From positions 1 through 64,000 of the forward strand of contig CAVRJG010000053.1 of NCBI GenBank assembly GCA_963721455.1: a stretch of DNA of 64,000 bases, read 5' to 3'. Under the pieces are notes generated by a model. That model had not been told where the DNA came from. It was given only the letters and a program-made list of their open reading frames with translations, and did no database searches. Made by a program: the position numbers and the translations under genes. Shown here piece after piece: positions 51,978-61,007 of this stretch (positions within the stretch are counted from its first letter, which is position 1; each line of letters begins with the position of its first letter). This stretch comes from an uncultured Methanosarcinaceae archaeon. Lineage in GTDB: Archaea > Halobacteriota > Methanosarcinia > Methanosarcinales > Methanosarcinaceae.

Positions 51978-53255
51978 TCAGCCTAGGACTTTCTTCATGG
52001 TTGCAGCCACACCGAGAGCCACTCCTTCGACTTCGATGCCTCCTCTTCCTTTGGCTCCATCCCCTACGACGTAGAGCTCAGGAATCGGGGTTTCGTTGCC
52101 AGGGTCCGTACCTGAGGCTGCCCTGTTTACTGGCCAGCCGTCATGGTATGACTGGATGAGCAGGACTTCGTATTTCTTACCGGGAAAGATTTCTTTAAGA
52201 TCCTGAAGCCCTAATTCGATCTCAGCCTCGAGATTTTTCACATTCTCAGGGGCTACGTGCTGGTGGGACATCGTAAGGTGCTTGCCAGGCGGAGCCAGTT
52301 TCGGGTCAACCTGCGTAACCTCATCGATCCCATTTATCCTTTTCGCATACGGGGTCAGAAGGACGCCCGAATGCCCTACAAGCGGCTCGTCTGCAGCAAG
52401 GCAAATCTTTATGCCGGCAGAAGGCTTCAGGGTCTCAAGCATCCGGATGTATCCTGAATATCTCTCTCCGGAGAGAACTTCACCGCAGAGGCAGGCAGTT
52501 GCGGCATGCCCCACATTGCTGATGACCAGGTTTGCTTCATATGCATCATCGCCAACAATAACGCCTGTGGCTCTTCCATTTTCCACAAGAATTTTTGAAA
52601 CCTCGGTTTTAGTATGAATCTTTCCGCCGTTTGCAGCAATGACTCTTTCCAGGGCGTCGATGACTCCTTTGCACCCGCCAATGGGAACGCCGGGGCCGCC
52701 GAATCTGTACATGTTTTCAATTATCTCGAAGACTTCTCCAACAGGGACTTCGTCACTTCTCAGGCTCAGGGACCAGCCGCAGAAGGAATCGGCAAACCTC
52801 ACAAGCCATTCATCTTTAAATTGAGTCCTGATCCATGCCTGCAGAGTGCTTCCTGTCGGGTGGCTCCTTCTCGTATTCGCTATAAGAAAGGCAATTTTCA
52901 GGCGGTCTTTATGGGAAAGAAGTGTAGAAAATTCGTTAAAAGAGATATCCTTGAAGCCTTTCCCATAATCCTGGCTACCTTTCTTCAGAGGTACGCGCAT
53001 GGTTGTCTGTTTTGACCTCACTATCTCCACGTTAGCTCCTACTTCCCTGAGAAGCTGAGCCAGAGGTCCTGAAGGTCCATGAGGAAGTATATGAAAAGCT
53101 CCGCTCGAAAGCTGGAACCCTTTGTAGTTGAGGTTTGTAAACCTCCCTCCTGTAATCGGAAGCCTCTCAAAAACTTCGACCTGGTATCCTGCCTGCGAGA
53201 GTCTGGCTGCACTTAAGAGCCCTCCCAGGCCGGCACCAATTATAATCGCCTTCAC
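51978..53255 (-). CDS. Phytoene desaturase-like FAD oxidoreductase (candidate alternative geranylgeranyl reductase)
   Basis: GTG start, IIGAGLGGL, GGRF, SSGAFH, YVVGDG; GTGA overlap with the upstream ferredoxin. Confidence 0.85.
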   Translation of the reverse strand: MKAIIIGAGLGGLLSAARLSQAGYQVEVFERLPITGGRFTNLNYKGFQLSSGAFHILPHGPSGPLAQLLREVGANVEIVRSKQTTMRVPLKKGSQDYGKGFKDISFNEFSTLLSHKDRLKIAFLIANTRRSHPTGSTLQAWIRTQFKDEWLVRFADSFCGWSLSLRSDEVPVGEVFEIIENMYRFGGPGVPIGGCKGVIDALERVIAANGGKIHTKTEVSKILVENGRATGVIVGDDAYEANLVISNVGHAATACLCGEVLSGERYSGYIRMLETLKPSAGIKICLAADEPLVGHSGVLLTPYAKRINGIDEVTQVDPKLAPPGKHLTMSHQHVAPENVKNLEAEIELGLQDLKEIFPGKKYEVLLIQSYHDGWPVNRAASGTDPGNETPIPELYVVGDGAKGRGGIEVEGVALGVAATMKKVLG

Positions 53256-53413
53256 GCCGACACCTCTATGGCTTTCATAGGGCAGTAGAGGACACATATT
53301 CCGCATTCTACACAGTCGGCAGTAGCTCGTGCCTTTCCCTTTACCTCTATTGCTCCTTTCTTGCAAAAAGAAGCACACTGGCCACACCCTACACAGTTAT
53401 CATTAATCTTCAT
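53252..53413 (-). CDS. 2x[4Fe-4S] ferredoxin (53 aa, not in ORF track)
   Basis: MKINDNCVGCGQCASFCKKGAIEVKGKARATADCVECGICVLYCPMKAIEVSA. Confidence 0.92.
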   Translation of the reverse strand: MKINDNCVGCGQCASFCKKGAIEVKGKARATADCVECGICVLYCPMKAIEVSA

Positions 53414-53816
53414 GCGATTCCACCAGCTTTTCTATCATAAAAAGAGTTATTATAATGTATTGGTACAGTGTGTTGCTCCGGCCGTGTGCTCAGGATTGAC
53501 TATGGAAGCGTGATTTTTTTCTGCCATAAATGCGGTAACCATATGTTGTAATCGGTGATATGTCATTTATTTCCTTTGTTGACTTTTCCCTTTTCCCCGT
53601 TGTAATCTCCCACAATCCCACAATAAAACATTGGGTTTATTCTAAGGCCCACTGTTGAACTTTTGGTAAATCACTGGAGAGCAATATAAGGTATGTTTTA
53701 AGTACTGTTTAAAATTCCTCAGTTTTGCAGGATTTAATGATGCTGTTTTTTTATATCCATTGTGTTTACTTTAAATACTATTCGCACAATATGAAAACTA
53801 TAAATTCTATACGTAT

Positions 53817-53920
53817 AAATTATCAGATAGATATTAAAAATTATCAGATAGATATTAAAAATTATCAGATAGATATTAAAAATTATCAGATAGATATTAA
53901 AAATTATCAGATAGAATTAA
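53817..53920. repeat. 21-bp tandem repeat x5 (AAATTATCAGATAGATATTAA)
   Basis: Four identical units plus one with a 1-nt deletion; no spacers. Confidence 0.95.
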
Positions 53921-54060
53921 GACAAAAGAGAACTCGCAAGAATCAAAGCGAACCAGATAAACTTTATTGTTAGAGATGTGGGAGACCTGTATCTTTTTTT
54001 ATTTATCCGGTTGGGGGTAAGGTACCGGCTATGTGAGGAATACGAGGAGGTATTAAGGAA

Positions 54061-54237
54061 ATGATAGAAGACATATCCTTTTTTGGATACTTTATTTTCG
54101 TTGTTTTTTTCGGGAGGGTAATACTTCAAATTGTGTTAGGTGTTATTCGGCTATGTTTGAAGAAAGACGGAAACCCCATCGAGAGTGAATACCACAGGTT
54201 GTATGAAGAAAGTATGGAATGGATGAGGAAATCATGA
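54061..54237 (+). CDS. Candidate 58-aa single-pass membrane protein
   Basis: GAGGAGGT SD; MIEDISFFGYFIFVVFFGRVILQIVLGVIRLCLKKDGNPIESEYHRLYEESMEWMRKS. Confidence 0.5.
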   Translation: MIEDISFFGYFIFVVFFGRVILQIVLGVIRLCLKKDGNPIESEYHRLYEESMEWMRKS

Positions 54238-54373
54238 GCTCAAAACTTTCAAATAAACCGGGCAAAACGGGAGTACAAAAAAGAATATCTCTCTAAATTT
54301 TCCCTTTGATTCTTTTTTCTAAATTGTGATATGTTGCTCTCCTGTAATCACTGAAAATGTAAGGAGTTAAAAA

Positions 54374-54593
54374 ATGGTAGATAACAAGTTTTGAACATCC
54401 CAGGTATCCGGACCCTTATACCCTCAACTATCAAAGACTGAAAATGTTAGAAGGGATATTGCATGCAGTTGATGAAGGATTTGTAAATACTTCGGATTCT
54501 CATTTAACCGAAGTTATGATTGATCTCAAGACCCTGCTTGAAGACGTAGAAATTGAAATGATTAAGAGATACGTGGAGTTAGATAATGAGTGA
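54374..54593 (+). pseudogene. Small hypothetical ORF (~72 aa) with a 1-nt frameshift in a T run
   Basis: AGGAG SD, MVDNK then FEHPRYPDPYTLNYQRLKMLEGILHAVDEG...RYVELDNE; overlaps the next start. Confidence 0.45.
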
Positions 54594-55038
54594 AAAACCG
54601 TCAAACAAACCATCACAATCGATTTTGTGGCCGGTTAATCACTGGCGGATTATCTTCATTCTCGAATCAGTTAACGAGGTGCTCCATCGAACTGTGATGG
54701 CGAGGGGAATACCCACAAATGTAGGCATCACGAATGCAGGAAAAAAGTGTATAGTGATTGTAGGGTATAAAGAGGTACAGGATCACAAAATAGAATTGCT
54801 TGCAGGTGATACGGTTTATACTTGTGTGGCCGATTCGAAGGGGAGATTATCATCTATAGGGCTTCAGAACGTGGGAAAGGATGTTACTGTTCTCTTGCAT
54901 TTGGAATTACACGAAGAGGATAAAAAGGGCACAGAGCAGGAAGAGAACTTGAAGAAGCTTAAGGATGATCTGGCTGAAAAACAAGAACAGCTAAACCGGC
55001 TGGCAAATCAGATTAAAAAATTAGAAGAGAGGGAATAA
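54586..55038 (+). CDS. Hypothetical protein with two AbrB-like beta units and a C-terminal coiled coil
   Basis: VGITNAGKKCIVIV / IGLQNVGKDVTVLL internal repeat, ADSKGRL turn, heptad tail. Confidence 0.6.
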   Translation: MSEKPSNKPSQSILWPVNHWRIIFILESVNEVLHRTVMARGIPTNVGITNAGKKCIVIVGYKEVQDHKIELLAGDTVYTCVADSKGRLSSIGLQNVGKDVTVLLHLELHEEDKKGTEQEENLKKLKDDLAEKQEQLNRLANQIKKLEERE

Positions 55039-56153
55039 TGATAATACCCAAAAACCATGATCGAAAGTAAGATATACCAATCTATCATTATTATATATGG
55101 TAATCTGGATGTATGGACTGGGGACAGTTCGAACAAGAATTGGCCAGATCATCCTCAACCTCTTGATTCTTTTTTTAATTATAGTGCTCGGGTTGGTTGT
55201 GGTTGAGTTGGTTCTTAAAAGTTTGGTAATTCTGAGCCCTTTTTGAAATTTCTCGGCTTTTCTTTTATTTGCTTATTTTTTCTCTTTGTGAATATTGAAT
55301 TATTTTCGGCAAAATATATTATGTTATATTCTCTGCGGTATTCACTACCAGGTTCGGTTATATATTTGAAGGAGAAGAAATGGAGCACTTCCATCCCGGA
55401 ACCTGCGCCAGAAGAATTTCGACTATTTTCCAGTTCTTTATTATTTTTATTTTAATACCTGCCTGAAGAGCATTTTATCTTCAGGGTCTGTCACTATTAT
55501 TCGTAATATATACGAAGGCTTTTATTTAAATTAAAATAATTATATTAAATATATAATTATTCATCCTCACCGGAGAATGGCTTGTATTTATTACTAATTA
55601 TTTTATTAAGGTTAGAGGCGGCCAAAATACAATAACATATTTATGGTGTATATATAATTTCGTAAGCAGATCAATGCTTTCGCTGTGATTTTTTTTGACA
55701 TATGTATATTTTAATGACAGAGCTTTATTTATTTAGACTTAATATTTATATAATATTAATTATCTAGCAAGTAATTATAAATACCCCCTCATTCATTTGC
55801 AGAATTAACCTAGCGGCTTGCAATCTTAATTATTAATTATACTAATTTCACTGTAATAGGATCTATACTGCTGAAGCAGGAGTTCTCCTGCACTTCTGGC
55901 AATTTATTATATAATGTCGGGCAAAGAAAACTAAATTTTCAGAGCCCGGAAGCAAATGTCTGTATACAGGAATCCTGTTTATTGCAATAAAGGACCTGTG
56001 GATTCAGGCGTTTCTAATAGGACATGTGTCCGGACCGATAGTGGTTTTTATAAAAACCGGGTGTCCGGACACAGTTTTTTGTCCGGGTAAAAACCCACAA
56101 TCCATGTCATGTAACGCTGCAATTCAGGTTGCTGCACTTTGATAGGTGATATA

Positions 56154-56528
56154 ATGTCTGGAATAATTGATAGCTACATACCAGTTGCAATCTTTCTTGT
56201 CATGGCACTTGTTATGCCTCCAATGACGATGTTTATGGTAAAGCAGCTGAGTCCGAGGAGCAAGGCAGCCAGCAAATACACGACATATGAATCGGGCTCA
56301 GTTCCCACAGGCACTGCAAGGATTCAGTTCAATGTTGAGTATTACCTCTATGCGATCGCTTTTGTGCTCTTTGATGTAGAGGTGCTTTTCCTTTACCCCT
56401 GGACTACAGTTTATAAGGGACACGGGATTACTTCAGTCGCAGTAGTTGAGATGTTTGCCTTTATTTTCATACTGCTCTTCGGATACATCTATCTCTGGAA
56501 GAAGGAGGCCCTTACATGGGTGAAGTGA
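56154..56528 (+). CDS. fpoA: F420H2 dehydrogenase subunit A
   Basis: NuoA-like TYESG, FVLFDVEVLFLYPW; AGGTGA SD. Confidence 0.96.
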   Translation: MSGIIDSYIPVAIFLVMALVMPPMTMFMVKQLSPRSKAASKYTTYESGSVPTGTARIQFNVEYYLYAIAFVLFDVEVLFLYPWTTVYKGHGITSVAVVEMFAFIFILLFGYIYLWKKEALTWVK

Positions 56529-57070
56529 AGGAGAAAAAAACGAGTGAATCAGATGAAACGTCTGAAGAAACAATTCCCGGCGTGATCACGACAACCACCA
56601 GTGCAATCCATAACTTTCTTAAGAAAACTAAGGCTCAGGACCTTATCAACTGGGGAAGGAAAAACTCGCTCTGGTTCATGACCCAGCCTATGGGCTGCTG
56701 CGGAGTCGAGATGATTGCCACAGGCTGTGCCCATTATGATACTGACCGTTTCGGAATTATTCCAAGGAACTCCCCGAGACAGGCTGACGTCATGATCATC
56801 AGTGGTTATGTGACAAAGAAATACCTGCCAGCCTTAAAGAGGCTCTGGGAACAGATGCCTGCCCCGAAGTGGGTCATCGCGATGGGAGACTGCTCGATAA
56901 GCGGTGGGCCTTTTTACGAATCCTACAGCACTGTGCAGAACATCGATGAGATCTTCCCTATTGATGTGTTTATTCCAGGATGCCCGCCGAGACCCGAAGC
57001 CCTGCTCCAGGGATTTGTAGAACTTCAGGAAAAAATCACGGCCAAAAAAGACAGGGGCACGGAATACTGA
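56516..57070 (+). CDS. fpoB: F420H2 dehydrogenase subunit B
   Basis: GCCGVEM, SPRQAD, MGDC, PGCPPRPE. Confidence 0.96.
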   Translation: MGEVKEKKTSESDETSEETIPGVITTTTSAIHNFLKKTKAQDLINWGRKNSLWFMTQPMGCCGVEMIATGCAHYDTDRFGIIPRNSPRQADVMIISGYVTKKYLPALKRLWEQMPAPKWVIAMGDCSISGGPFYESYSTVQNIDEIFPIDVFIPGCPPRPEALLQGFVELQEKITAKKDRGTEY

Positions 57071-57108
57071 GGTTTTTCTGCAGTTTCAGATTTATTCGAG
57101 GGAAAATT

Positions 57109-57585
57109 ATGGATGTCACAGAAATTATCAAGTCATTAACAGGTACGTTTCCTGAGGCAATTTCCGAAGCGATGGTAGAATCCGATATCCGCGCCAGGGC
57201 ATACGTGGACAAGGAGAAGGCAAAAGAAGTCTGCCAGTACCTGAAGGATTCCCTTCAATTCGACCACCTCTGCTCAGTCTGCGGGGTGGACTACATAAAA
57301 AGGAATGAGCTTGAAGTAGTCTATCATATCGCTTCTTACGACCATCCTGTGGTCCTGATGCTGAAAGCCGTGCTTCCGAGGGAAAATCCGGAAATCGAAT
57401 CCGTAGTATCCGTATACTGGAATGCCAACTGGTATGAAAGGGAAACTTACGAACTTTTCGGGATCATGTTTAAAAACCATCCGAACCTGAAGCCGCTTGT
57501 ACTTCCAGAAGATATGCTGGGGGAATGGCCTCTCAGGAAAGATTACAAGGGTTTTCCGAATACGACAGCCAGAAACCTGGTGTGA
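57109..57585 (+). CDS. fpoC: F420H2 dehydrogenase subunit C
   Basis: GVDY, ANWYERE, PLRKDY. Confidence 0.95.
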   Translation: MDVTEIIKSLTGTFPEAISEAMVESDIRARAYVDKEKAKEVCQYLKDSLQFDHLCSVCGVDYIKRNELEVVYHIASYDHPVVLMLKAVLPRENPEIESVVSVYWNANWYERETYELFGIMFKNHPNLKPLVLPEDMLGEWPLRKDYKGFPNTTARNLV

Positions 57586-57594
57586 GGGTGAAAA

Positions 57595-58719
57595 ATGGAA
57601 GAAAAGCTTGGATCAAATGAAATGATCATACACCTGGGCCCCCAGCATCCCATGCAGCCCGGACCCTTCAGGCTAAACCTGAGGTTAAAAGGGGAAACAG
57701 TAGTGGGTGCTGATATTGAACTGGGTTTCATTCATAAAGGTATTGAAAAGATCCTGGAGAACAAGACCTATCTTCAGGGAATCACAATCGTGGACAGGAT
57801 CTGCTACCTTGTAGCCCTTACAAACGAAGAGTGTTTTGTAGGCTGTGCCGAGAAACTGTTAGGCATCGAACCGCCTGAAAGGGCTCAGCATATCAGGGTT
57901 ATTCTTGAGGAACTCACAAGGATTCAGAGCCATCTGCTGGGTATAGGCGAATTCGGGGAATTCATTGGTTTCGTCTCCATGTTCATGTACACGATCAGGG
58001 AAAGAGAAGAGGTTCTCGGCCTGATCGATATGGTAACAGGGGCCAGAATTACTCACAGCTACCTGAAGTTCGGAGGAGTACGTGACGACCTTCCAGATGG
58101 GTTTAAAGAAAAAACCATCTCTGTCCTGAACAACCTCAAAAAATCAGTTAGCGATTTTGAAGAAATGTTTCATACTGACAGAATATACAGGGAACGCACT
58201 GTCGGAGTTGGCGTCCTGACTGCAGATGTTGCAAAGAGCCTCGGGGTTTCAGGGCCTGCCCTGCGTGCAACCGGTGTTCCTTTCGATATTCGGAAGAATG
58301 AACCTTACCTCGTTTACAAAGACCTGGATTTCAAGGTCTGCACTGAAACCGCAGGAGACTGTTTTGCAAGAGTTCAGGTCAGGCTTGATGAGATCCGGGA
58401 AAGTATCTACATCCTGGAACAGTGCCTTGACAGGATACCAAACGGTCCACTCTTTCCGGAAAATACCCCTTATAGCAGGAGAACGCCTGTAATGAGAGTT
58501 CCTGCCGGTGAGGTTTTCCACAGAGTAGAAGACCCCAGGGGAGAAATGGGGATGTACATGATATCCGACGGTTCGGACAAGCCGTACAGAGTAAAGGTAA
58601 GAGGGCCTTACTACCCCACCCTGCAAGCTCTGCCTCCACTCATCATAGGCACGACTGTTGCGGATGTCGCAGCAATCTCGGGCAGCATGGACGGCTGTAC
58701 CAGTGAAGCAGACAGGTGA
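57595..58719 (+). CDS. fpoD: F420H2 dehydrogenase subunit D
   Basis: GPQHP, GFIHKGIEK, DRICY, EDPRGE. Confidence 0.96.
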   Translation: MEEKLGSNEMIIHLGPQHPMQPGPFRLNLRLKGETVVGADIELGFIHKGIEKILENKTYLQGITIVDRICYLVALTNEECFVGCAEKLLGIEPPERAQHIRVILEELTRIQSHLLGIGEFGEFIGFVSMFMYTIREREEVLGLIDMVTGARITHSYLKFGGVRDDLPDGFKEKTISVLNNLKKSVSDFEEMFHTDRIYRERTVGVGVLTADVAKSLGVSGPALRATGVPFDIRKNEPYLVYKDLDFKVCTETAGDCFARVQVRLDEIRESIYILEQCLDRIPNGPLFPENTPYSRRTPVMRVPAGEVFHRVEDPRGEMGMYMISDGSDKPYRVKVRGPYYPTLQALPPLIIGTTVADVAAISGSMDGCTSEADR

Positions 58720-58724
58720 TTATA

Positions 58725-59765
58725 ATGGCCATAAATATTCCTGAATTTATAGTTCCTTTCCTTCCCTGGATACGGGGAATAGTCGGCCTTTCGCTGGTGG
58801 GAGTTATTTTCCTCGGAGCAATGGGAGCTGTCTGGCTGGAGCGAAAGCTTTCCGCAGATATCCAGTCCAGGATGGGGCCCTGCCGTGTAGGAAAATACGG
58901 CCTCCTGCAGCTTGTAGCCGATGCAATCAAGCTTTTTACGAAAGAAGACCTGAAACCATCGAATGCTGACAGTTTACTTTTCAATAACGCCCCTATCTTC
59001 ATGATGGGTTCTATTTTCCTTATGCTGGTTGCAATTCCTGTGGGTGCTGTTTTCATTAATGGTGTCGAATACCCGCTCGCGGTCACCGAGATGGATATCA
59101 GTGTACTCTACATTGAAGCGATGTCTGCAATCACTATCTTCGGAATTTTCATGGTGGCTTACGGCTCAAACAATAAGTACTCTCTTCTCGGAGCTTTTCG
59201 TAACTTCGCCCGAATGGTCGGGTATGAAGTACCTCTCGGGATAACCGTTGTAAGTGTAGCTGTTATGACAGGTTCCCTTAACATAGTAGAAATTTCACAG
59301 GCTCAGGGAATGCTGTGGAATATTTTTCTGCAGCCTTTAGGATGTTTCGTATTCTTTGTAGCACTTATGGCTGATATGGGAAGACTTCCCTTTGACCAGA
59401 ACGAGTCGGAAGAAGAACTGATAGCAGGCTGGATTACCGAATACTGTGGAATGCGTTTCGGGTTAGCATTCTTTGCCGAGTATATCCATATGATTCTGGG
59501 CTCCTTCCTTGTGGCACTTCTCTTCCTCGGCGGCTGGAACGTACCAACCTTTGTTGCAAACAATCCTGTTCTTGGCCTTATTGCCCCAACAGGTTTCTTG
59601 ATTGTGAAAGTCGTCTTCGTGCTTATGGTAATTATAGGGCTCAGATGGGCTGTTCCGAGGTTCAGGATTGATCAGGTTGTTGACCTGAGCTGGAAGAAAC
59701 TGTTTCCCCTGTCCCTTTTAAACCTTGTCTGGGCAGTGGGGCTCGGACTTTACCTGGGAGCGTGA
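58725..59765 (+). CDS. fpoH: F420H2 dehydrogenase subunit H
   Basis: ERKL...Q.RMGP, ADAIKLFTKE, RLPFDQNESEEEL. Confidence 0.96.
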   Translation: MAINIPEFIVPFLPWIRGIVGLSLVGVIFLGAMGAVWLERKLSADIQSRMGPCRVGKYGLLQLVADAIKLFTKEDLKPSNADSLLFNNAPIFMMGSIFLMLVAIPVGAVFINGVEYPLAVTEMDISVLYIEAMSAITIFGIFMVAYGSNNKYSLLGAFRNFARMVGYEVPLGITVVSVAVMTGSLNIVEISQAQGMLWNIFLQPLGCFVFFVALMADMGRLPFDQNESEEELIAGWITEYCGMRFGLAFFAEYIHMILGSFLVALLFLGGWNVPTFVANNPVLGLIAPTGFLIVKVVFVLMVIIGLRWAVPRFRIDQVVDLSWKKLFPLSLLNLVWAVGLGLYLGA

Positions 59766-59769
59766 GATC

Positions 59770-60180
59770 ATGGTTCTTAAAAACATTAAGTACGCACTTA
59801 AAAAAATCCCCCAGCCTCCCGTAACCAGGATGTACCCGGAAAAAGCCACCGAGCTTTCCGACAGGTTCAGGGGACTTCAGATACTTGATAAAAGTAAATG
59901 CATAGGCTGTGGCATTTGCGCCAACACCTGCCCGAACAATGCAATAAGGATTGTTAAAGCTCCGATTACACCAGGCAGCGATAAAAAACGCTGGTTCCCT
60001 GAGATTGATATCGGGCACTGCCTGTTCTGCGGACTCTGTATCGACCAGTGCCCTAAAGGCGCGCTTAGCAGCGGGAAGGAATACACTACAGGTGTAATAA
60101 AATGGAAGCACAAGGATCTTCTCATGAACCCTGATAAACTCGCCAGAGAAGTCGATCTTGAGGAAGGTGACGAGAAATGA
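59770..60180 (+). CDS. fpoI: F420H2 dehydrogenase subunit I
   Basis: CIGCGICANTCP, CLFCGLCIDQCP. Confidence 0.96.
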   Translation: MVLKNIKYALKKIPQPPVTRMYPEKATELSDRFRGLQILDKSKCIGCGICANTCPNNAIRIVKAPITPGSDKKRWFPEIDIGHCLFCGLCIDQCPKGALSSGKEYTTGVIKWKHKDLLMNPDKLAREVDLEEGDEK

Positions 60181-60467
60181 TAGGACTCGAAACGATTGGA
60201 GCAGCTGTGGAAATGGCTGTATTCGGGTTTCTTGCTGTTATCACAGTATTCTTCGCGATTTTTGTTGTAATCGCAAAGGATGTTGTAAGAGCCGGGCTTG
60301 CCCTGATCATGTGCATGTTCGGAGTTGCAGCTCTCTACGTCCTCTTGAATGCCCAGTTTCTGGGAGTCATTCAGGTGCTGGTTTATATCGGAGCAATCGG
60401 AGTGCTGATTCTGTTTGCGGTTATGCTGACAAAGCGCGAGATCGGAGGTGAAGCCGGTGAGGATTAA
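60177..60467 (+). CDS. fpoJ: F420H2 dehydrogenase subunit J, N-terminal part (J1)
   Basis: NuoJ motif QVLVYIGAIGVLILF. Confidence 0.93.
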   Translation: MIGLETIGAAVEMAVFGFLAVITVFFAIFVVIAKDVVRAGLALIMCMFGVAALYVLLNAQFLGVIQVLVYIGAIGVLILFAVMLTKREIGGEAGED

Positions 60468-60708
60468 TCGGCCTCTAGCCTTTCTCGTAGCCCTGCTCTT
60501 TACAGCTGTTGTGGTGTTAGGGGTTTTTGGGACTTCCTGGAATACGGTTTCGGAACTTCCCCAGAATCCGGCTGACCAGAGTAATATAGAGGGCATAGGA
60601 ATGCTGATCTTTACCCACTATGTGGCACCTTTCGAGGTCCTGTCAATTGTCCTGCTCGCATCCCTTATAGGGGCAATCTATATGGCAAAAGGGGAGGGCA
60701 ACAGATGA
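60457..60708 (+). CDS. fpoJ: F420H2 dehydrogenase subunit J, C-terminal part (J2)
   Basis: [26 protein letters not shown]; GGAGGTGA SD before GTG. Confidence 0.9.
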   Translation: MRINRPLAFLVALLFTAVVVLGVFGTSWNTVSELPQNPADQSNIEGIGMLIFTHYVAPFEVLSIVLLASLIGAIYMAKGEGNR

Positions 60709-61007
60709 TTCCTTTAAGCTTTTACCTGGGTCTTGCAGCCCTGCTCTTCTCAATCGGACTTTATGGTGTAATGACACATAAAAACGGTATCAGGATGATT
60801 ATGTGCATCGAGCTTATGCTCAACTCCGCAAACCTGAACCTTGTAGCTTTCTCAAGTTACACGGATACCCTGAACGGACAGGTCTTTGCTATGTTCTCAA
60901 TCGCCCTTGCAGCTGCTGAAGCAGCAGTCGGGTTTGCGATTTTCATGGCAATCTACAGAATGCACGATAAGATCAACCTTGATGAACTTAACATCCTGAG
61001 GTGGTAA
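60705..61007 (+). CDS. fpoK: F420H2 dehydrogenase subunit K
   Basis: [18 protein letters not shown]. Confidence 0.96.
   Translation: MIPLSFYLGLAALLFSIGLYGVMTHKNGIRMIMCIELMLNSANLNLVAFSSYTDTLNGQVFAMFSIALAAAEAAVGFAIFMAIYRMHDKINLDELNILRW

Noticed and set aside
53817-53920. CRISPR array candidate (also 307-429 and 23761-23841)
   Set aside because: Repeats are contiguous with no unique spacers and there are no cas genes
53725-53973. 82-aa ORF with KNYQIDI repeats
   Set aside because: Produced by the 21-bp tandem repeat; TTG start without SD
60177-60708. Split fpoJ as a frameshifted pseudogene
   Set aside because: J1/J2 splitting is normal in Methanosarcina fpo operons and J2 has its own SD
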